Part shown: piece after piece, positions 19,012 through 30,900 of the stretch
Layout: each line of letters begins with the position of its first letter
Numbering within the stretch: position 1 is the first letter of the stretch
Virus record (IMG/VR): IMGVR_UViG_3300008113_000041
Coordinates: 807-64,806 of that record
From: a virus
Taxonomy: Duplodnaviria; Caudoviricetes
Reading direction: 5' to 3' (one strand)
Length of the DNA stretch: 64,000 nucleotides
Program-made: the position numbers and the translations under genes
The notes under the pieces: generated by a model
Told to the model about the DNA's origin: nothing
Databases searched by the model: none
Seen by the model: only the letters and a program-made list of their open reading frames with translations

Positions 19012-20694
19012 ATGAAAGTTCCAAATGAGATGTTAGATGATTTTAGAAACCATGTATGGGCTAGTTTTAAGTATCTTGGATTAGGAGAACCATCTTTAAT
19101 CCAGTATGCTATTGCAGATAAGATGCAAAATGGTCCATTAGACTTTCAATTACAAGCAGGAAGAGGAAAGGGAAAGTCTACAATCGCTGCTGTTTATGCC
19201 AGTTGGCTATTACTAAAAGATCCAGATACTACGATCATGGTTCTTTCTGCGACTGCAGATAAAGCAATTAAGTTTATTGCTCAAGTAAGGCAGATTGTGG
19301 AATTGGTTCCGTATATGCAACATCTAAAACCAAAGGAGTTTGATAAAGATAATGCTTTTGGTTTTAAGGTTGGTTGTAGAACAAGAGAAGGACAGGATCT
19401 TTCTTGCTATGCCAAGGGTATCTCTGGTCAGATAACTGGTAGCCACGCTGACCATATAATTGCAGACGATGTTGAAATCGAAGAAAACTCAGATACACCA
19501 TACGCAAGAGAAAAACTACTAGAAAAACTAGCAGAACTAGAGCAAATTAGAAACCCCATTAAAGATGGGACTATAAGAATACTTGGTACATTCCAATCTA
19601 CTGATAGTATATACCTAAAGTTACCTTATCCTATCATTAAGTTTCCTGCGGTTAAACCAGACTTAAATAACCCTACAGAAACTATAGATGTAGATCCATA
19701 TGTATTAAACTTAGATATAGACGAAGGAGAAACCACAGAACCAGAACGATTTAGCAATGAAGTCTTAGAACAAAGAAAAGCAAAGATTGGTCCTAAGTTA
19801 TTTTCATTACACTATAAACTAGATCCTACTTTGTCAGATAGAGGAAAGTATCCTTTAAAGTTAGAGGATCTTGTTGTTATGGATGTATCTCCAGATATCT
19901 TTCCAGAAAAGGTTGTTTGGGGTAAAGCATACCCAAGTAAAGAAATAGCAAGCTTTGGTATTACTGGAGATCTAATTTATAACCCACAATGGGTATCTGA
20001 TAAGTATACAGAGTATGTAAATACCGTTATGTTTGTAGACCCCAGTGGTCGAGGAACAGACGAAACAGCAATATGTATTGCATCCTTCGTAAATGGTTAT
20101 GTTGTTATTCACGAACTTCTTGGTATTGAGGGTGGTTATGATAACCTAGCCTTGAAGAAAATCGCACAACTCGCTTATAAGTATTCTCTTACAGAGATAC
20201 AAGTTGAGTCCAACTTCGGAGATGCAATGTATGCAAACTTACTTAGACCTGTGGTTTCAGAGATGTGTGGTCAAGTCGCTATTGAAGACTTCAGAGTTAA
20301 GGGAGCAAAAGAAGAAAGAATCATTAGAACCCTTGAGCCAATTATGTCTCAGCACAGACTTGTGTTTGACAAAAAAGCTATTAAAGATGAAACAAATCAA
20401 AGACAAATTACAAGAATCACAGAAAAAAGAGGATCGCTAAAACACGATGACCGCGTAGATATTCTTGCTAGTGCAGTTCACCATTGGGAATCAGCTCTAG
20501 CTATATCGCCAGATCAACAAATTATTAAGAACCAACAAAAAGAAACAAAAGAAACAATCAAAGATTGGTTAAGTAATAAAAGAGTTCTTGGTTTACTTGG
20601 TGACAAAGTATCTGGAGCGGTTTTGGTTAACGACCAACCACTAAAAAAACCACATATAAATTTAAAAGATAGATTTAAACGGAGACTTAGATAA
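19012..20694 (+). CDS. terminase large subunit (gp19-like)
   Basis: LQAGRGKGKS Walker A, IIADDVE Walker B, VDPSGRGTDE, VESNFG, HDDRVD. Confidence 0.96.
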   Translation: MKVPNEMLDDFRNHVWASFKYLGLGEPSLIQYAIADKMQNGPLDFQLQAGRGKGKSTIAAVYASWLLLKDPDTTIMVLSATADKAIKFIAQVRQIVELVPYMQHLKPKEFDKDNAFGFKVGCRTREGQDLSCYAKGISGQITGSHADHIIADDVEIEENSDTPYAREKLLEKLAELEQIRNPIKDGTIRILGTFQSTDSIYLKLPYPIIKFPAVKPDLNNPTETIDVDPYVLNLDIDEGETTEPERFSNEVLEQRKAKIGPKLFSLHYKLDPTLSDRGKYPLKLEDLVVMDVSPDIFPEKVVWGKAYPSKEIASFGITGDLIYNPQWVSDKYTEYVNTVMFVDPSGRGTDETAICIASFVNGYVVIHELLGIEGGYDNLALKKIAQLAYKYSLTEIQVESNFGDAMYANLLRPVVSEMCGQVAIEDFRVKGAKEERIIRTLEPIMSQHRLVFDKKAIKDETNQRQITRITEKRGSLKHDDRVDILASAVHHWESALAISPDQQIIKNQQKETKETIKDWLSNKRVLGLLGDKVSGAVLVNDQPLKKPHINLKDRFKRRLR

Positions 20695-21368
20695 TGGCAG
20701 CATTAGTTCTCGGCGGTCTTGCGTTAGCACAAGGTATTTTCTCTGGTATTATGGGATCAAGCCAAGCAGAAGCCCAAGCTATTGCACAACAACTACAAGC
20801 ACAAAACGCAAACTTCCAAAATAAATGGAAGAGCGACGCAGAAAATAGAAACATGCTTCGACAATTAGAAGCACAAGAAAGAGCTAACATTCAAATTGAA
20901 AAGTTAGCAACACAAGAAAGAGCATCAAGTGAGTTTGCCGCAAGACAAAGTTATTTAAACAGTCGTTCTGTTTTATCAAAACAAACGCAACAAACAAATG
21001 ATATGTTTCTTAGTGGTGTCTCTTCTAGGAATATTTCTTCTGATTCGGCAAGCGTAAAAGCCTTGCTAAGACAAAACACACAAACAGCACAGAACAATAT
21101 GAGCATGATTAGAACAAACTATGGTTCAGCCATGCAAGACATTGAAGCAAATTACAAGAATAGATTAGCCCAAAGAAACAATGGTTTTGTTTCACAAAGA
21201 GCTTTTATTCCTCAAGCAGAAATGTCAGTAGATTCTTCATCATCAGCTTTAATGAGTGGTATTGCTAGTGGTATATTTGGTGCAGCACAGGCTGGTATTG
21301 CCGCCCGATTGGAGTATGGAAATAAATCTATTGGGCAGATTTTTAGTTCCTCCTACACAGGACAATAA
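20694..21368 (+). CDS. internal virion protein (gp14-like)
   Basis: Hydrophobic Gly/Ala N-terminus, Gln/Ala helical body, Gly/Ala-rich C-terminus. Confidence 0.7.
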   Translation: MAALVLGGLALAQGIFSGIMGSSQAEAQAIAQQLQAQNANFQNKWKSDAENRNMLRQLEAQERANIQIEKLATQERASSEFAARQSYLNSRSVLSKQTQQTNDMFLSGVSSRNISSDSASVKALLRQNTQTAQNNMSMIRTNYGSAMQDIEANYKNRLAQRNNGFVSQRAFIPQAEMSVDSSSSALMSGIASGIFGAAQAGIAARLEYGNKSIGQIFSSSYTGQ

Positions 21369-21374
21369 CTAACT

Positions 21375-22427
21375 ATGAATAAACTAGAACAACTATATCA
21401 AATCGCCACAAATAACAATAAACAACAAACCACCATACACAATCAATTACTAGAAAGAAACTCCAAAGAAAATTTAGCTAAAGCACAAAAAGAAATTGGA
21501 TTAGCTAAGATGTCAAGTAAAGATCCATATGAAGTTTTTACTAAGTGGTTTGATTCAACTCAAAAATATGTAGACGATATGAATAGAAACCAATATTGGT
21601 CTACTGCTATGGGTTTATTTCCTGGTTCTCAAGAACAAGCAAAGTCTTTTTTAAAAGCACATATTGATTCTCAAACAAAAGGTGATTCATATCAAGAAGA
21701 AGTTGCTTTAAGAAACCTTAGTACAAAGATTCCTGATTGGGCTGTTGCCGAAGTAAAACCAAGAATAGATTTCTTACAGTCTCAGAATGCAAATCAAAAC
21801 CTAATGAAAGCTGTTAATCTATACAAAAAAAACTTGACACAAAGATTACAGGTATTAACACAGAATCCTTTAGATCTAGATGTTCCAGAAGAAGAGCATG
21901 TTAAAGACTTCTTAAAGTTAGAAGGATTAAACCTACTAGATGTAGCAAGAGTTGAAAACGGTAGATTAATTACAGCAAATGATAAAGGAACTATTATTCC
22001 CGCGTTTCAACTAGAAGATAGAAAACAAGTTCTAAAAAAAGATACAAATGGTACACCCATTCCATCTGAAATGGATCTTATTTATAGAGTAGCTCCAGAT
22101 TTAATCAAAGAAGCAGTAAAGAATAATATACAAAAGAACAAAGAAATTGTAAATCTGGGTAATAAAGCAGCTTCTGCTGCCGCAATGAAAATGTTAGAAT
22201 CTGGGGATTTATCTTTACCAGACTGGGGCGAAGCCTTTTCTATTACAAGTGGACTTGAACCAGATATGGTTATGGGTGCAGCAATTAAAGGTTCCGCGAA
22301 AAAGAATCCATATAAGTCTGTTTCTGATATTGTTGCCGAAACAATGCAGATAGATAGAACATACCCAGATTTAATGTCTGAAATAAACTTAAGGAGAAAT
22401 AATGTCTCAGTTTCCAAACCAAAATGA
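21375..22427 (+). CDS. putative internal virion protein
   Basis: 350-aa helical ORF inside the internal-virion cluster. Confidence 0.55.
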   Translation: MNKLEQLYQIATNNNKQQTTIHNQLLERNSKENLAKAQKEIGLAKMSSKDPYEVFTKWFDSTQKYVDDMNRNQYWSTAMGLFPGSQEQAKSFLKAHIDSQTKGDSYQEEVALRNLSTKIPDWAVAEVKPRIDFLQSQNANQNLMKAVNLYKKNLTQRLQVLTQNPLDLDVPEEEHVKDFLKLEGLNLLDVARVENGRLITANDKGTIIPAFQLEDRKQVLKKDTNGTPIPSEMDLIYRVAPDLIKEAVKNNIQKNKEIVNLGNKAASAAAMKMLESGDLSLPDWGEAFSITSGLEPDMVMGAAIKGSAKKNPYKSVSDIVAETMQIDRTYPDLMSEINLRRNNVSVSKPK

Positions 22428-25400
22428 ACTGATTGAATACAGAGGCAGACAACAGTTTGAACAGCCACTACAGCCAGCTGTTTATCAAGAACAGATGCCT
22501 ATTCTTCCTACACCCAGTTTTAGAATTGGCTATAGTGGAATTAATTTAGCAGAAATTGGAATGATGGCTGCAAAGGCTGGCTCTAGTATTGCAGAAAATC
22601 TATATGCTTATGATGTAAAAAAGAAACAACAAGCCTTAGAAAGTATCTTTTCAGAAACAAACGATACATTAGAAAATCAATATAGACAAGGAGCAAGCAA
22701 AGAAGAAGTAGAAGCAACAAGAACACAAGCAAACGCTAAGATTAAAACAGCTTTAGGATTTGATCCTGAAGATCAAAATTTAAAAGAAAATGATTTTGGT
22801 GTGCAGTATGGAAATCTTTTAGTTGCTTCTAGAAAAGGTTTATCTTCATTGGGTGCTAAGAATGCACAATACACAGAAAACAAAAGAGCAAGCGATTATG
22901 TTAACAATGCTGTTGTTGCTGCGTTGCAAGTAGACGAAACTTTTGCACAAAACCCTAATGCACCAATTGAAACATATGATGTTGGTATTGAATCTATTAG
23001 AAGAATGCTTGGTTCTATTTTAGGACCAAACGCAGAAGTAAACAGTTCTTCTATTCTAGCAATTCAAAATGTAGCCGACAAAGAATCTGCATTAAAGGCT
23101 TATGGTATTCTAGTTAAACTACAAGAAGCAAAAGCAAAAGCACTAGTAGACCAAGAAAAAGCAAAAGCAGAGTTTGGAAAAGACCAATTTGAATTAGAAC
23201 AAGAAAATAGAAAAACACAAAACGAAAGATTAAGAGACACACTTACATCCTATAGCGCAAAAGCAAAAGGTTTAAAAGAACAAATTGCTTTCTTTACAAA
23301 CATCCCTATAGATGAAAGAACAGATGAGCAAAGCGCACAACTTAGCGGACTTATTACACAGTATTTACAGCTACAAGAAGATGTACAAAACGAAACCGCA
23401 GCTTTTGCTTATTCAAGATACAGCGATGAATCTACATATCCAGTCAATCTTTCTGATATTCTACGAGAAAGAAGCGGTGGTCAAGAAGTTCCACTAGCTG
23501 TTGATACAGAAAGTCCATATAGAGGTTCTTATAGTTATGATAGTGAGTTCTTTGATCGCATTGTAATTGGAGATGCTGCTGTAGATACTCCACCTGTTCG
23601 CACAGCTTATGGTACTTTCTTAGATGAAATGCGTGGAGTTGAAGAAAGCATTGGTCGTGTAAGATTAGATATGGTTAAAAAAGCAAAGGAAGAAGCAAAG
23701 AAAGCCATATCTGATAGATGGAAGGGTATCTCTGGTGAGCTAGATGTTAGAATAGCAGAATCAGATACCAATGGAACTTTAGATAGAGATAGATCTGAGT
23801 TTTTAACTCGACTTAATAATTTTAATTCAGCAACAATAGATACATTAATGGGTTATCTTGGTTCAAATCGAATTCAAGAAATCTATAATACTCAGTTTAA
23901 AATAGGTACAAAACTTACATTAGCTGATGGAACAGAACATACTGTTGGTACTTATGAAGAAGAATCTAAAAAAGGTTTTCCTTCTTTAAAGATGCTATTA
24001 GATCTTAATACACCACCAGAACAAGAAGCAGTTATAAGCGAATTGTTTCAAGGAAATAGCGCGGCTTATGATTCTTGGAAAGATGCTAGTTTAGAGTTTA
24101 AAAGAATTCAAGCTAAGATCTTTAAAGCTGATAGTCCAGAAGCTGGTCGAAGTGCAGCAAGAAAAAAACAACAAGAAATATCAGAAGCTGTTTCGGTATT
24201 GCTTGGAACAAGATCAAATACAAACATAACACCAGCAACATATACAGAAGCCAGTGATTACATGTTGTCTCAACAGCTTGGACCGTCAGTTGACTTCGGT
24301 AACTTTGATTCAGTAAAGCAAGCTAGTCTACAAGCAAGCACTACAAACAATGAAGTTGGTGTACCTGTGGATGTTATGTTACCTTCTAGAATGTTTAGTA
24401 CAGTATACCAAGGGGCTTCTACAGCAGAAGAACTTATATCAACTATTGGAAGATTCCTACCAAAAGATAAAGACGGTAAACCTTTAGTTTATCGCCCAAG
24501 TCCTTGGTCTTCAACTGTATCAAGTTCTTCTTTTGCTGCTATAGAGACAATAAAAACAGATCTTCAAACAAAAGATAGAGATAGTGCTGAATACAGAAAA
24601 GCTCTTGCTGCTTTTGCTTTACTACCAAAAGCTTGGCGAATTCAAGTTATAAATTCAACAACTGAAGATATTCAACTTAGAGAAGTAGACTCTGCACTAA
24701 CAGACAACCCAAGCGCAAATTTAACTACAGTTTTATCTATTGCTTCTAGAAATGGTTATAGTAATGAAGCTATTGAAAGTGCAAACACAACAGCCCAAAG
24801 AGTTGTGTCATCCGCTTTATTTAGTAAAGATGACTTCACAGCACCAAGACCAAACGAAACAGATGCACAAGTAGAAGAAAGAAAAGTTGTTGTAAACGCT
24901 TTAATAGAAGAACTAAAGAAAGGTGCAGCAGCTTCTACTGGTTTTGTGTTTAAAGATAATCTTGAGTTATATAAAAGAGCCGAAAATAAAACAAGAGATT
25001 CTTTTAAATACATGTTAGAGCGAGCTGTTAAATACTACGAATTATACAGAAACGATAGACCAGAAGCTGCTTTAAATTTAGCCATACAAGATGCTATTAA
25101 AGACTTTACTTCTTATAAAGTTGTTACTCCTAGGGGTATTGTATCTAGGGGTAATGTTAAAGCTGATTATGTTGGGGCTATAGATAGTTCTCGTATAGTT
25201 CCAGATGGTTTAATTAGTGGCGCAAGAATGTACTCTGGTCAACCAAATAACTCAGCTGTATTAGATCAAGATATTGTACAGTTTGTTACAGATAGAACTA
25301 ATGCACCAGTCTATATTAATGGTGCTGTTATTCCTACAGGTAAAAAAGATTCCTTTTTACCTACCTTTGGTGTGAGCGATAATGTTATTTTAGCAAATAA

Positions 25401-27849
25401 CAAAAGTAATAAAGACCAAGTATTTGCAGATATGGTTATTACTTCTCAAAACAGAAACAGTGGAATCAGTCTAAGCACAAGAAGACAACTGATGAGAATG
25501 CGTTTTGAGGAAAAAGATTTTAATGAAGCAAATGAAAAAGCTTTATATTCTGAATTAATAAACGCAACAAAAGTAGGAAGTACAACAACAAGACGAGATG
25601 TTCTGGTTTCTGCGGCTGTTCTAAAAGAAATAGAACTAGCTATGCAAACGCCCTCAGAAGCATTAGATACTTTTGAAGAAGTTCTTGCTTTTGCTCAAAC
25701 AAAAGCAGATCAAATTAGAGTTGCTTTAAAAGATTCCAAAGATTCTCCAACAGCAGATTCTCCTTATACAGTTCAATTTACCTCTGGTGGTTTAACTAAA
25801 AAAGAAAATGGAGAACTAGAACAAACCTATAGTTTAGAGTTACTGAAAAAAGAACCAGATGGTAGCTATAGACGAATGTCTAACCTACAAGAAGGTTTGG
25901 AATCAGCGTCATTTCCTAACTATACAATGCGTGGTAACTCAACTAATATTGAGGTTTTAAGTTCAGTTGGAGATGTAAATCTATATACAAAGCCAACTCA
26001 AAATCTAGAAAGAGACATTCAAGCTCTTTACGATAAAGGTTTATTAGTTGGTAATTTTAAATATAGAATTTTAAAACCATATGGAGATAGTTCTCCTGCT
26101 GACACAACCAGAGCTAAAGATTTTGAAACTAGTAGTTTTTTAAATATTGTTCCAATAATTGAAGTTAAACAAGACCCACAAACTAAAAAAGTAACAATAA
26201 CAAGAAAGTTTGAAGAACAACCAACGGGTATTTCTCGTAATTATGGTGCAACTAAAGGTATGGGACCAGACATTAAAGCGGTTCTTGAAAACACCCCACA
26301 GTTTACAGAAGAAGAAAGTTTACTTAAAGAAGAAAAAGTAACACCATCAGTAACATTACCAGTAACACCAACAGTAACACCAGTAAATCAAGAAAAACTA
26401 TCTGAAAAAACACTGGCTTGGAATCGTAGTGTTAGTAATCTAGCAAGAGGAGTGGATTATCAAAGACCTTGGCAAACTGCATTTAGATCTCCAAGAGAGG
26501 GAAAGCTAACTGTTCTAGATCCTAATACATCTATTGAAAGCGGATTACCATTTCCTGATCTTCCTATTAGTGATAATAATAAACCAAATTATTACATTTC
26601 TTATGATAAGAAACAAGAACTTTACTTTGTTATTCCAGACCCATATAAGATCGAACCAAAGTATAATGAAAAGTCAAAACATATAGGAGCATTTGTAAAT
26701 AGAGAAGACGCACAGTTTTATTTAAGAAAACTTCAAACCTTTATGGAATCTCCTAATAACACAAATCAGGTTTTAAAATCTGCGGTTCAAAAACCACAAA
26801 CTTCACCGCTTGGAGTAACTAGATCTGAAGTTCCATTTATGCTTTATGATGTAAAGTCAGCAAGAGATTATTATGAAAGTATTTATGGTCCTGAAGTAAC
26901 AAATGAGCTTTTTAGACAAGCTTCAGAACAACAAGCAGTAAACCAAGATAGGTTTATTAATGGTATTCCAATTAGAAGTAGGTTCCCAGATTTTAATTCT
27001 TGGTATACAGCTAAAGAAGAAACCGCTGATAAAAGACTTTTTGAAAAATATAATATAGTAAAACCAGAATATCCTACTAGTACGAGCAAGGATTATGAAA
27101 ATCCAGAAAGTATACAAGCTCATAGAGAAAGAGTAAAAAGATATGATTCTGATTTTGATAAATATTATTCAGCTCGTAGTGCAGAGTTTGCTCTTATGTC
27201 AGAAGAAGAAAAACAAATAACACTTCCTACCGATGTTTCTAACATACCAAATTACAACACCGCAGATATGACAGCTCAGATATGGGAATCGGAGTATAAG
27301 GGAGATAGTGTAAAAGCTGATCCAATATATTATCAAGATAGTGCCTTAGCATTACAAACACAAAACGAAGAAACAGGAAAACCAGAAGTTTACTTTTCTA
27401 ATGAATTATTAAAAGACAAAACTAAAACTAAAGTAACTGGTTTACATGAGCTTATCCATGTAATGCAAAGATATTCTGGTCCAACAGCGTTTCCTATAGC
27501 AAACAGTATTTTTAAAACAGATAAAGAATTAAATTCAGATGAATTCTATGTTTTAAATCCGTTTGAGATACCAGCTTGGTTAGGTCAACTAAAAGCTGAA
27601 TATTATTTAGAAACAAATACTGTTCTATATCCAAAATCAAACGAAGAAGAATATTCTAAATTCTTTGCTTGGATAAAAGAAAAAGATACAAATAGCGAAA
27701 CACAACAAAAATATAAAGTAGAGAGTTTCTATGGTATATTACATAGAATGTTAACAAACCCAGACCAAAAAATTAAAGATGTAATGGGTGATATATTACG
27801 GCAAGTTGCTTTTGATTCATCTATAGATGGGGCTACAGCAATAATTTAA
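22402..27849 (+). CDS. large internal virion protein (gp15-like position), 1815 aa, C-terminal HExxH
   Basis: AAGGAG RBS; long helical protein; GLHELIHVMQ near the C-terminus. Confidence 0.7.
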   Translation: MSQFPNQNELIEYRGRQQFEQPLQPAVYQEQMPILPTPSFRIGYSGINLAEIGMMAAKAGSSIAENLYAYDVKKKQQALESIFSETNDTLENQYRQGASKEEVEATRTQANAKIKTALGFDPEDQNLKENDFGVQYGNLLVASRKGLSSLGAKNAQYTENKRASDYVNNAVVAALQVDETFAQNPNAPIETYDVGIESIRRMLGSILGPNAEVNSSSILAIQNVADKESALKAYGILVKLQEAKAKALVDQEKAKAEFGKDQFELEQENRKTQNERLRDTLTSYSAKAKGLKEQIAFFTNIPIDERTDEQSAQLSGLITQYLQLQEDVQNETAAFAYSRYSDESTYPVNLSDILRERSGGQEVPLAVDTESPYRGSYSYDSEFFDRIVIGDAAVDTPPVRTAYGTFLDEMRGVEESIGRVRLDMVKKAKEEAKKAISDRWKGISGELDVRIAESDTNGTLDRDRSEFLTRLNNFNSATIDTLMGYLGSNRIQEIYNTQFKIGTKLTLADGTEHTVGTYEEESKKGFPSLKMLLDLNTPPEQEAVISELFQGNSAAYDSWKDASLEFKRIQAKIFKADSPEAGRSAARKKQQEISEAVSVLLGTRSNTNITPATYTEASDYMLSQQLGPSVDFGNFDSVKQASLQASTTNNEVGVPVDVMLPSRMFSTVYQGASTAEELISTIGRFLPKDKDGKPLVYRPSPWSSTVSSSSFAAIETIKTDLQTKDRDSAEYRKALAAFALLPKAWRIQVINSTTEDIQLREVDSALTDNPSANLTTVLSIASRNGYSNEAIESANTTAQRVVSSALFSKDDFTAPRPNETDAQVEERKVVVNALIEELKKGAAASTGFVFKDNLELYKRAENKTRDSFKYMLERAVKYYELYRNDRPEAALNLAIQDAIKDFTSYKVVTPRGIVSRGNVKADYVGAIDSSRIVPDGLISGARMYSGQPNNSAVLDQDIVQFVTDRTNAPVYINGAVIPTGKKDSFLPTFGVSDNVILANNKSNKDQVFADMVITSQNRNSGISLSTRRQLMRMRFEEKDFNEANEKALYSELINATKVGSTTTRRDVLVSAAVLKEIELAMQTPSEALDTFEEVLAFAQTKADQIRVALKDSKDSPTADSPYTVQFTSGGLTKKENGELEQTYSLELLKKEPDGSYRRMSNLQEGLESASFPNYTMRGNSTNIEVLSSVGDVNLYTKPTQNLERDIQALYDKGLLVGNFKYRILKPYGDSSPADTTRAKDFETSSFLNIVPIIEVKQDPQTKKVTITRKFEEQPTGISRNYGATKGMGPDIKAVLENTPQFTEEESLLKEEKVTPSVTLPVTPTVTPVNQEKLSEKTLAWNRSVSNLARGVDYQRPWQTAFRSPREGKLTVLDPNTSIESGLPFPDLPISDNNKPNYYISYDKKQELYFVIPDPYKIEPKYNEKSKHIGAFVNREDAQFYLRKLQTFMESPNNTNQVLKSAVQKPQTSPLGVTRSEVPFMLYDVKSARDYYESIYGPEVTNELFRQASEQQAVNQDRFINGIPIRSRFPDFNSWYTAKEETADKRLFEKYNIVKPEYPTSTSKDYENPESIQAHRERVKRYDSDFDKYYSARSAEFALMSEEEKQITLPTDVSNIPNYNTADMTAQIWESEYKGDSVKADPIYYQDSALALQTQNEETGKPEVYFSNELLKDKTKTKVTGLHELIHVMQRYSGPTAFPIANSIFKTDKELNSDEFYVLNPFEIPAWLGQLKAEYYLETNTVLYPKSNEEEYSKFFAWIKEKDTNSETQQKYKVESFYGILHRMLTNPDQKIKDVMGDILRQVAFDSSIDGATAII
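25172..25184 (+). promoter_or_regulatory. putative phage RNAP promoter inside CDS
   Basis: Exact TTGGGGCTATAGA. Confidence 0.6.
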
Positions 27850-27854
27850 TCACA

Positions 27855-27890
27855 AAGGGGGGAGTGAAATACCTCCCCCTTATTTTTTAT
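27855..27890 (+). terminator. intrinsic terminator
   Basis: AAGGGGGGAG...CTCCCCCTT stem followed by ATTTTTT. Confidence 0.75.
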
Positions 27891-27901
27891 AAGGAATTTA
27901 A

Positions 27902-30900
27902 ATGAGTCAATTTACTCCAAGTTCCCTCGGACAACCAATCCCTTCGGGAACTGAGCCTGATTTCTCATACAATTTATTCGGTGGTTTACAACCAGTAGAA
28001 GTAAACAACCAACAACAAGTATTACGATACTCACTACCAGATGAGTTTGCAAAGACAGACGAACTAAAAAGAAAGCAAGAAGAAATTTCTAGCTTGCGTT
28101 TGTTTGGTGCTGTTGATAAAGATGATCCTAACTTTAAATCTATTGTTCAAGTTGGACAATACGAAATTCCAACTTATATTGGAATGCGCCAAGGAACAGG
28201 ATTAAGCACAAGCTTAGATGCAGAAACAGTTGGCGAACAAGAAGTGAATAGACAAACAACAGCTGGGTCTGGTAGAAGAGGAATCTTTGCCGAAACCAAT
28301 AGAGAGTTTAATAGACTAATGGTAAAGACGGCTAACTCAGAAGCTGATATGTTTCCGTTTGATGCTAATGAATCATACGACTGGGCTACACAAAATCTAG
28401 CTGGTAGCTTTGGTTCTTGGCTAAAATCTGTCGGAGATCTTATTGGTTGGACAAATACAGAACAACAAGATAACGCTGCTTTTAATGTTGAGTTAGCTTT
28501 AAGCCATGAAGATAGAAACTGGAACGGTGCATTAGCAGCAGAAGCAACAAATAAGTTTCTAACAGATAAACCAGAAGTTGCTCAATACTTTGAACTTACT
28601 GGTGTTGATCCTCATCAATTTACAAGACTTAGTAAGAATCCTTTAGGTTGGACTTTCCAATTAAACCAAGCCGTTATTCAAGCACAAGCAAATCTAAGAA
28701 TGCAAATATACGAAGAAGAAACTGGTTGGATTGGAAAGCAAGCAGATAAGTTATACTATGGTGTTAAAGATCCTACAATGATTCGGGATCTTATAGTGAC
28801 AACATTGGCATCTTATGGTTTAGCTACAACAGAAACCGCACTAGCTGGTTTAGCTAGAACAGGTATCGCTAGATCAGCTGGTGCTGCAGGACTTATAGAT
28901 AAAACCAGTCTTGCTGTAGGACGATATGGCGTTCGTGGTCTTTCTGGTGGTCCTCTTACTGGTCCTATTGAAAACTTTATTTTCCAAACATCTAAAGTAC
29001 TCGTTCCAACAGTCGGAGAAAAAGGATTCCAAACAGCAGTTGCTCGTAGCGTAGCTATTATGGGAGAAGCTGCTGCGTGGTCTGGTATCTCTGCAGCCCA
29101 AATGCAAAAAGAAGATTATAGATTTAAACATCTAGTTTTAAACTTTGGAGAATATGCTCCTGAGTTTAAATACGATCTGTCCTCTATCTATCAAGCTGCC
29201 TATGAAGGTGGTTTATTAGGTCTTGGTATGTTTGGATCTATGCGTGTTGTTATGGGCGGTTTAGGAGATATCTCAGCAGTCCGTAGTGCAAAACCAGGTG
29301 AAAAGATTTCTACTCTTTCTAGACAGATTGCAAACTCATTAGATAGTTTTGCAACAACAGTGGAAGGTAGAACAGTCTTTGGAAATAGACTAGGACAAAA
29401 TAGAGGCATTGCTTTCGGTAACTGGTTAGATAAGAACATGAAAGGTTTGGATAATAGAAACACCGCAAGCATTGTTGTTAATGGAAAAAACCTGTACCAC
29501 TTTGATGGGTTCAGTCCAGAAGTAATTTCAAAGGCAAACTTTAATGAAGCAAAGTCTAGAGAAATTGTATCTCTTTGGGCTAAAGCCACAAACACAGTAG
29601 AGACTCCAGAATCTTTATTTGATCCTGAAGTATTATCTACTAAAGGTTTAACATACGATCAGGTTATTGATACTCTTAAGACATTTAATAAAGCAATTGA
29701 GATTGGTGTAGAAGCTAGAAAGTCAATGCCAAGAGGTATGTTTGAAGCCATTAAACCATATGATGAGTTTAATGAAAGCTTTATAAATAAGGTTGCTCAG
29801 GATACTGAAGACCAAGCAACAAGAACTATTATGCGTGGCATCGTGGATGAGTGGCGAAGTCTTAATGAACAAAGAACCGCTAAGATAAACGCAGAACAAA
29901 ACAAAGATCTTACTGAACTTTCTGATTTAGAATTTGAAGAAAGACGAACTGAACTAACAACTAGATTATCCGAATTAGAAGAAAAGAAAAAGTCATTTGG
30001 ATCTAATTCAAGTAAACTAGATAAAGAAATTTCAGATATTCAAGGACAACTTAAGCAAGTTAATTCTGAGATAGCTAAACTTAATAGCAAAGGAAAGTAT
30101 CCTAATGCTTTAAAGAATATCTCAGACGCACTACGAATTACAGTAAAGAAACTAAATGATCTTACTCAAAAGCAGCAAGACGATAAACAAAAGAGACTTG
30201 CTGACATTGACAAGAAAGCAGAAAAAATTGAACGAAAGAGACAAATCTATTTAGCTTTACCTGATGAAACACCTGATCAGATTACTTATAAGAATAGACT
30301 ATTAAACGATTTGATTGGTGAAGAAGAAAAACTAAACGCAAAAAGAAATAAGATTGAATCTGAAAAGGGAGCCACAAGAAAAGAACAACGAGAACTAGTT
30401 AACCTAGAAAAAGAAAAGAGTGAACTAGAACAACTAGAGTCTCAGTGGTTGTTGAAAGATAAACAAGAAACAGATCTGCAAACCAAGCAAAAAGAACTAG
30501 ACGATCTTAAAGCAGAATACGAAGTTAAAGATGCAGATGGAAGTACAAATGAACAACGGATTGTCAGTACAAAAAATAGTATAGATGAGCTGGATCGTGT
30601 TAAAAAAGAAACAGCAGAATACGATGCTAAGGTTAAGGACATTAAGCAACGATTCAATGCGTCTAGAGAAAAGTTAAATCAAGGAAAAGATAATATTGTA
30701 TTCCTGGGTTTAACCGACAAACTAAAGAGACTGAATGATCTAAAACTACAAAGACAAATTATTAAAGACCCAAAGAGATTAAAGAGAATAGATAGAATTA
30801 TTAAGCAGTTAGAAGCTTACTTTGAAACGGAACAAGGAGTCAAAGAAGCAGTAAGAGCAAAGATTATCGAAGATACCATTGATAATAATCGTGGTTTTGG

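Noticed and set aside
18764-19015. 83-aa ORF between terS and terL
   Set aside because: TTG start without RBS, atypical composition; better explained by the stem-rich element
27828-27838. TGGGGCTACAG, partial promoter match
   Set aside because: Mismatch in the TATA core and directly followed by a terminator
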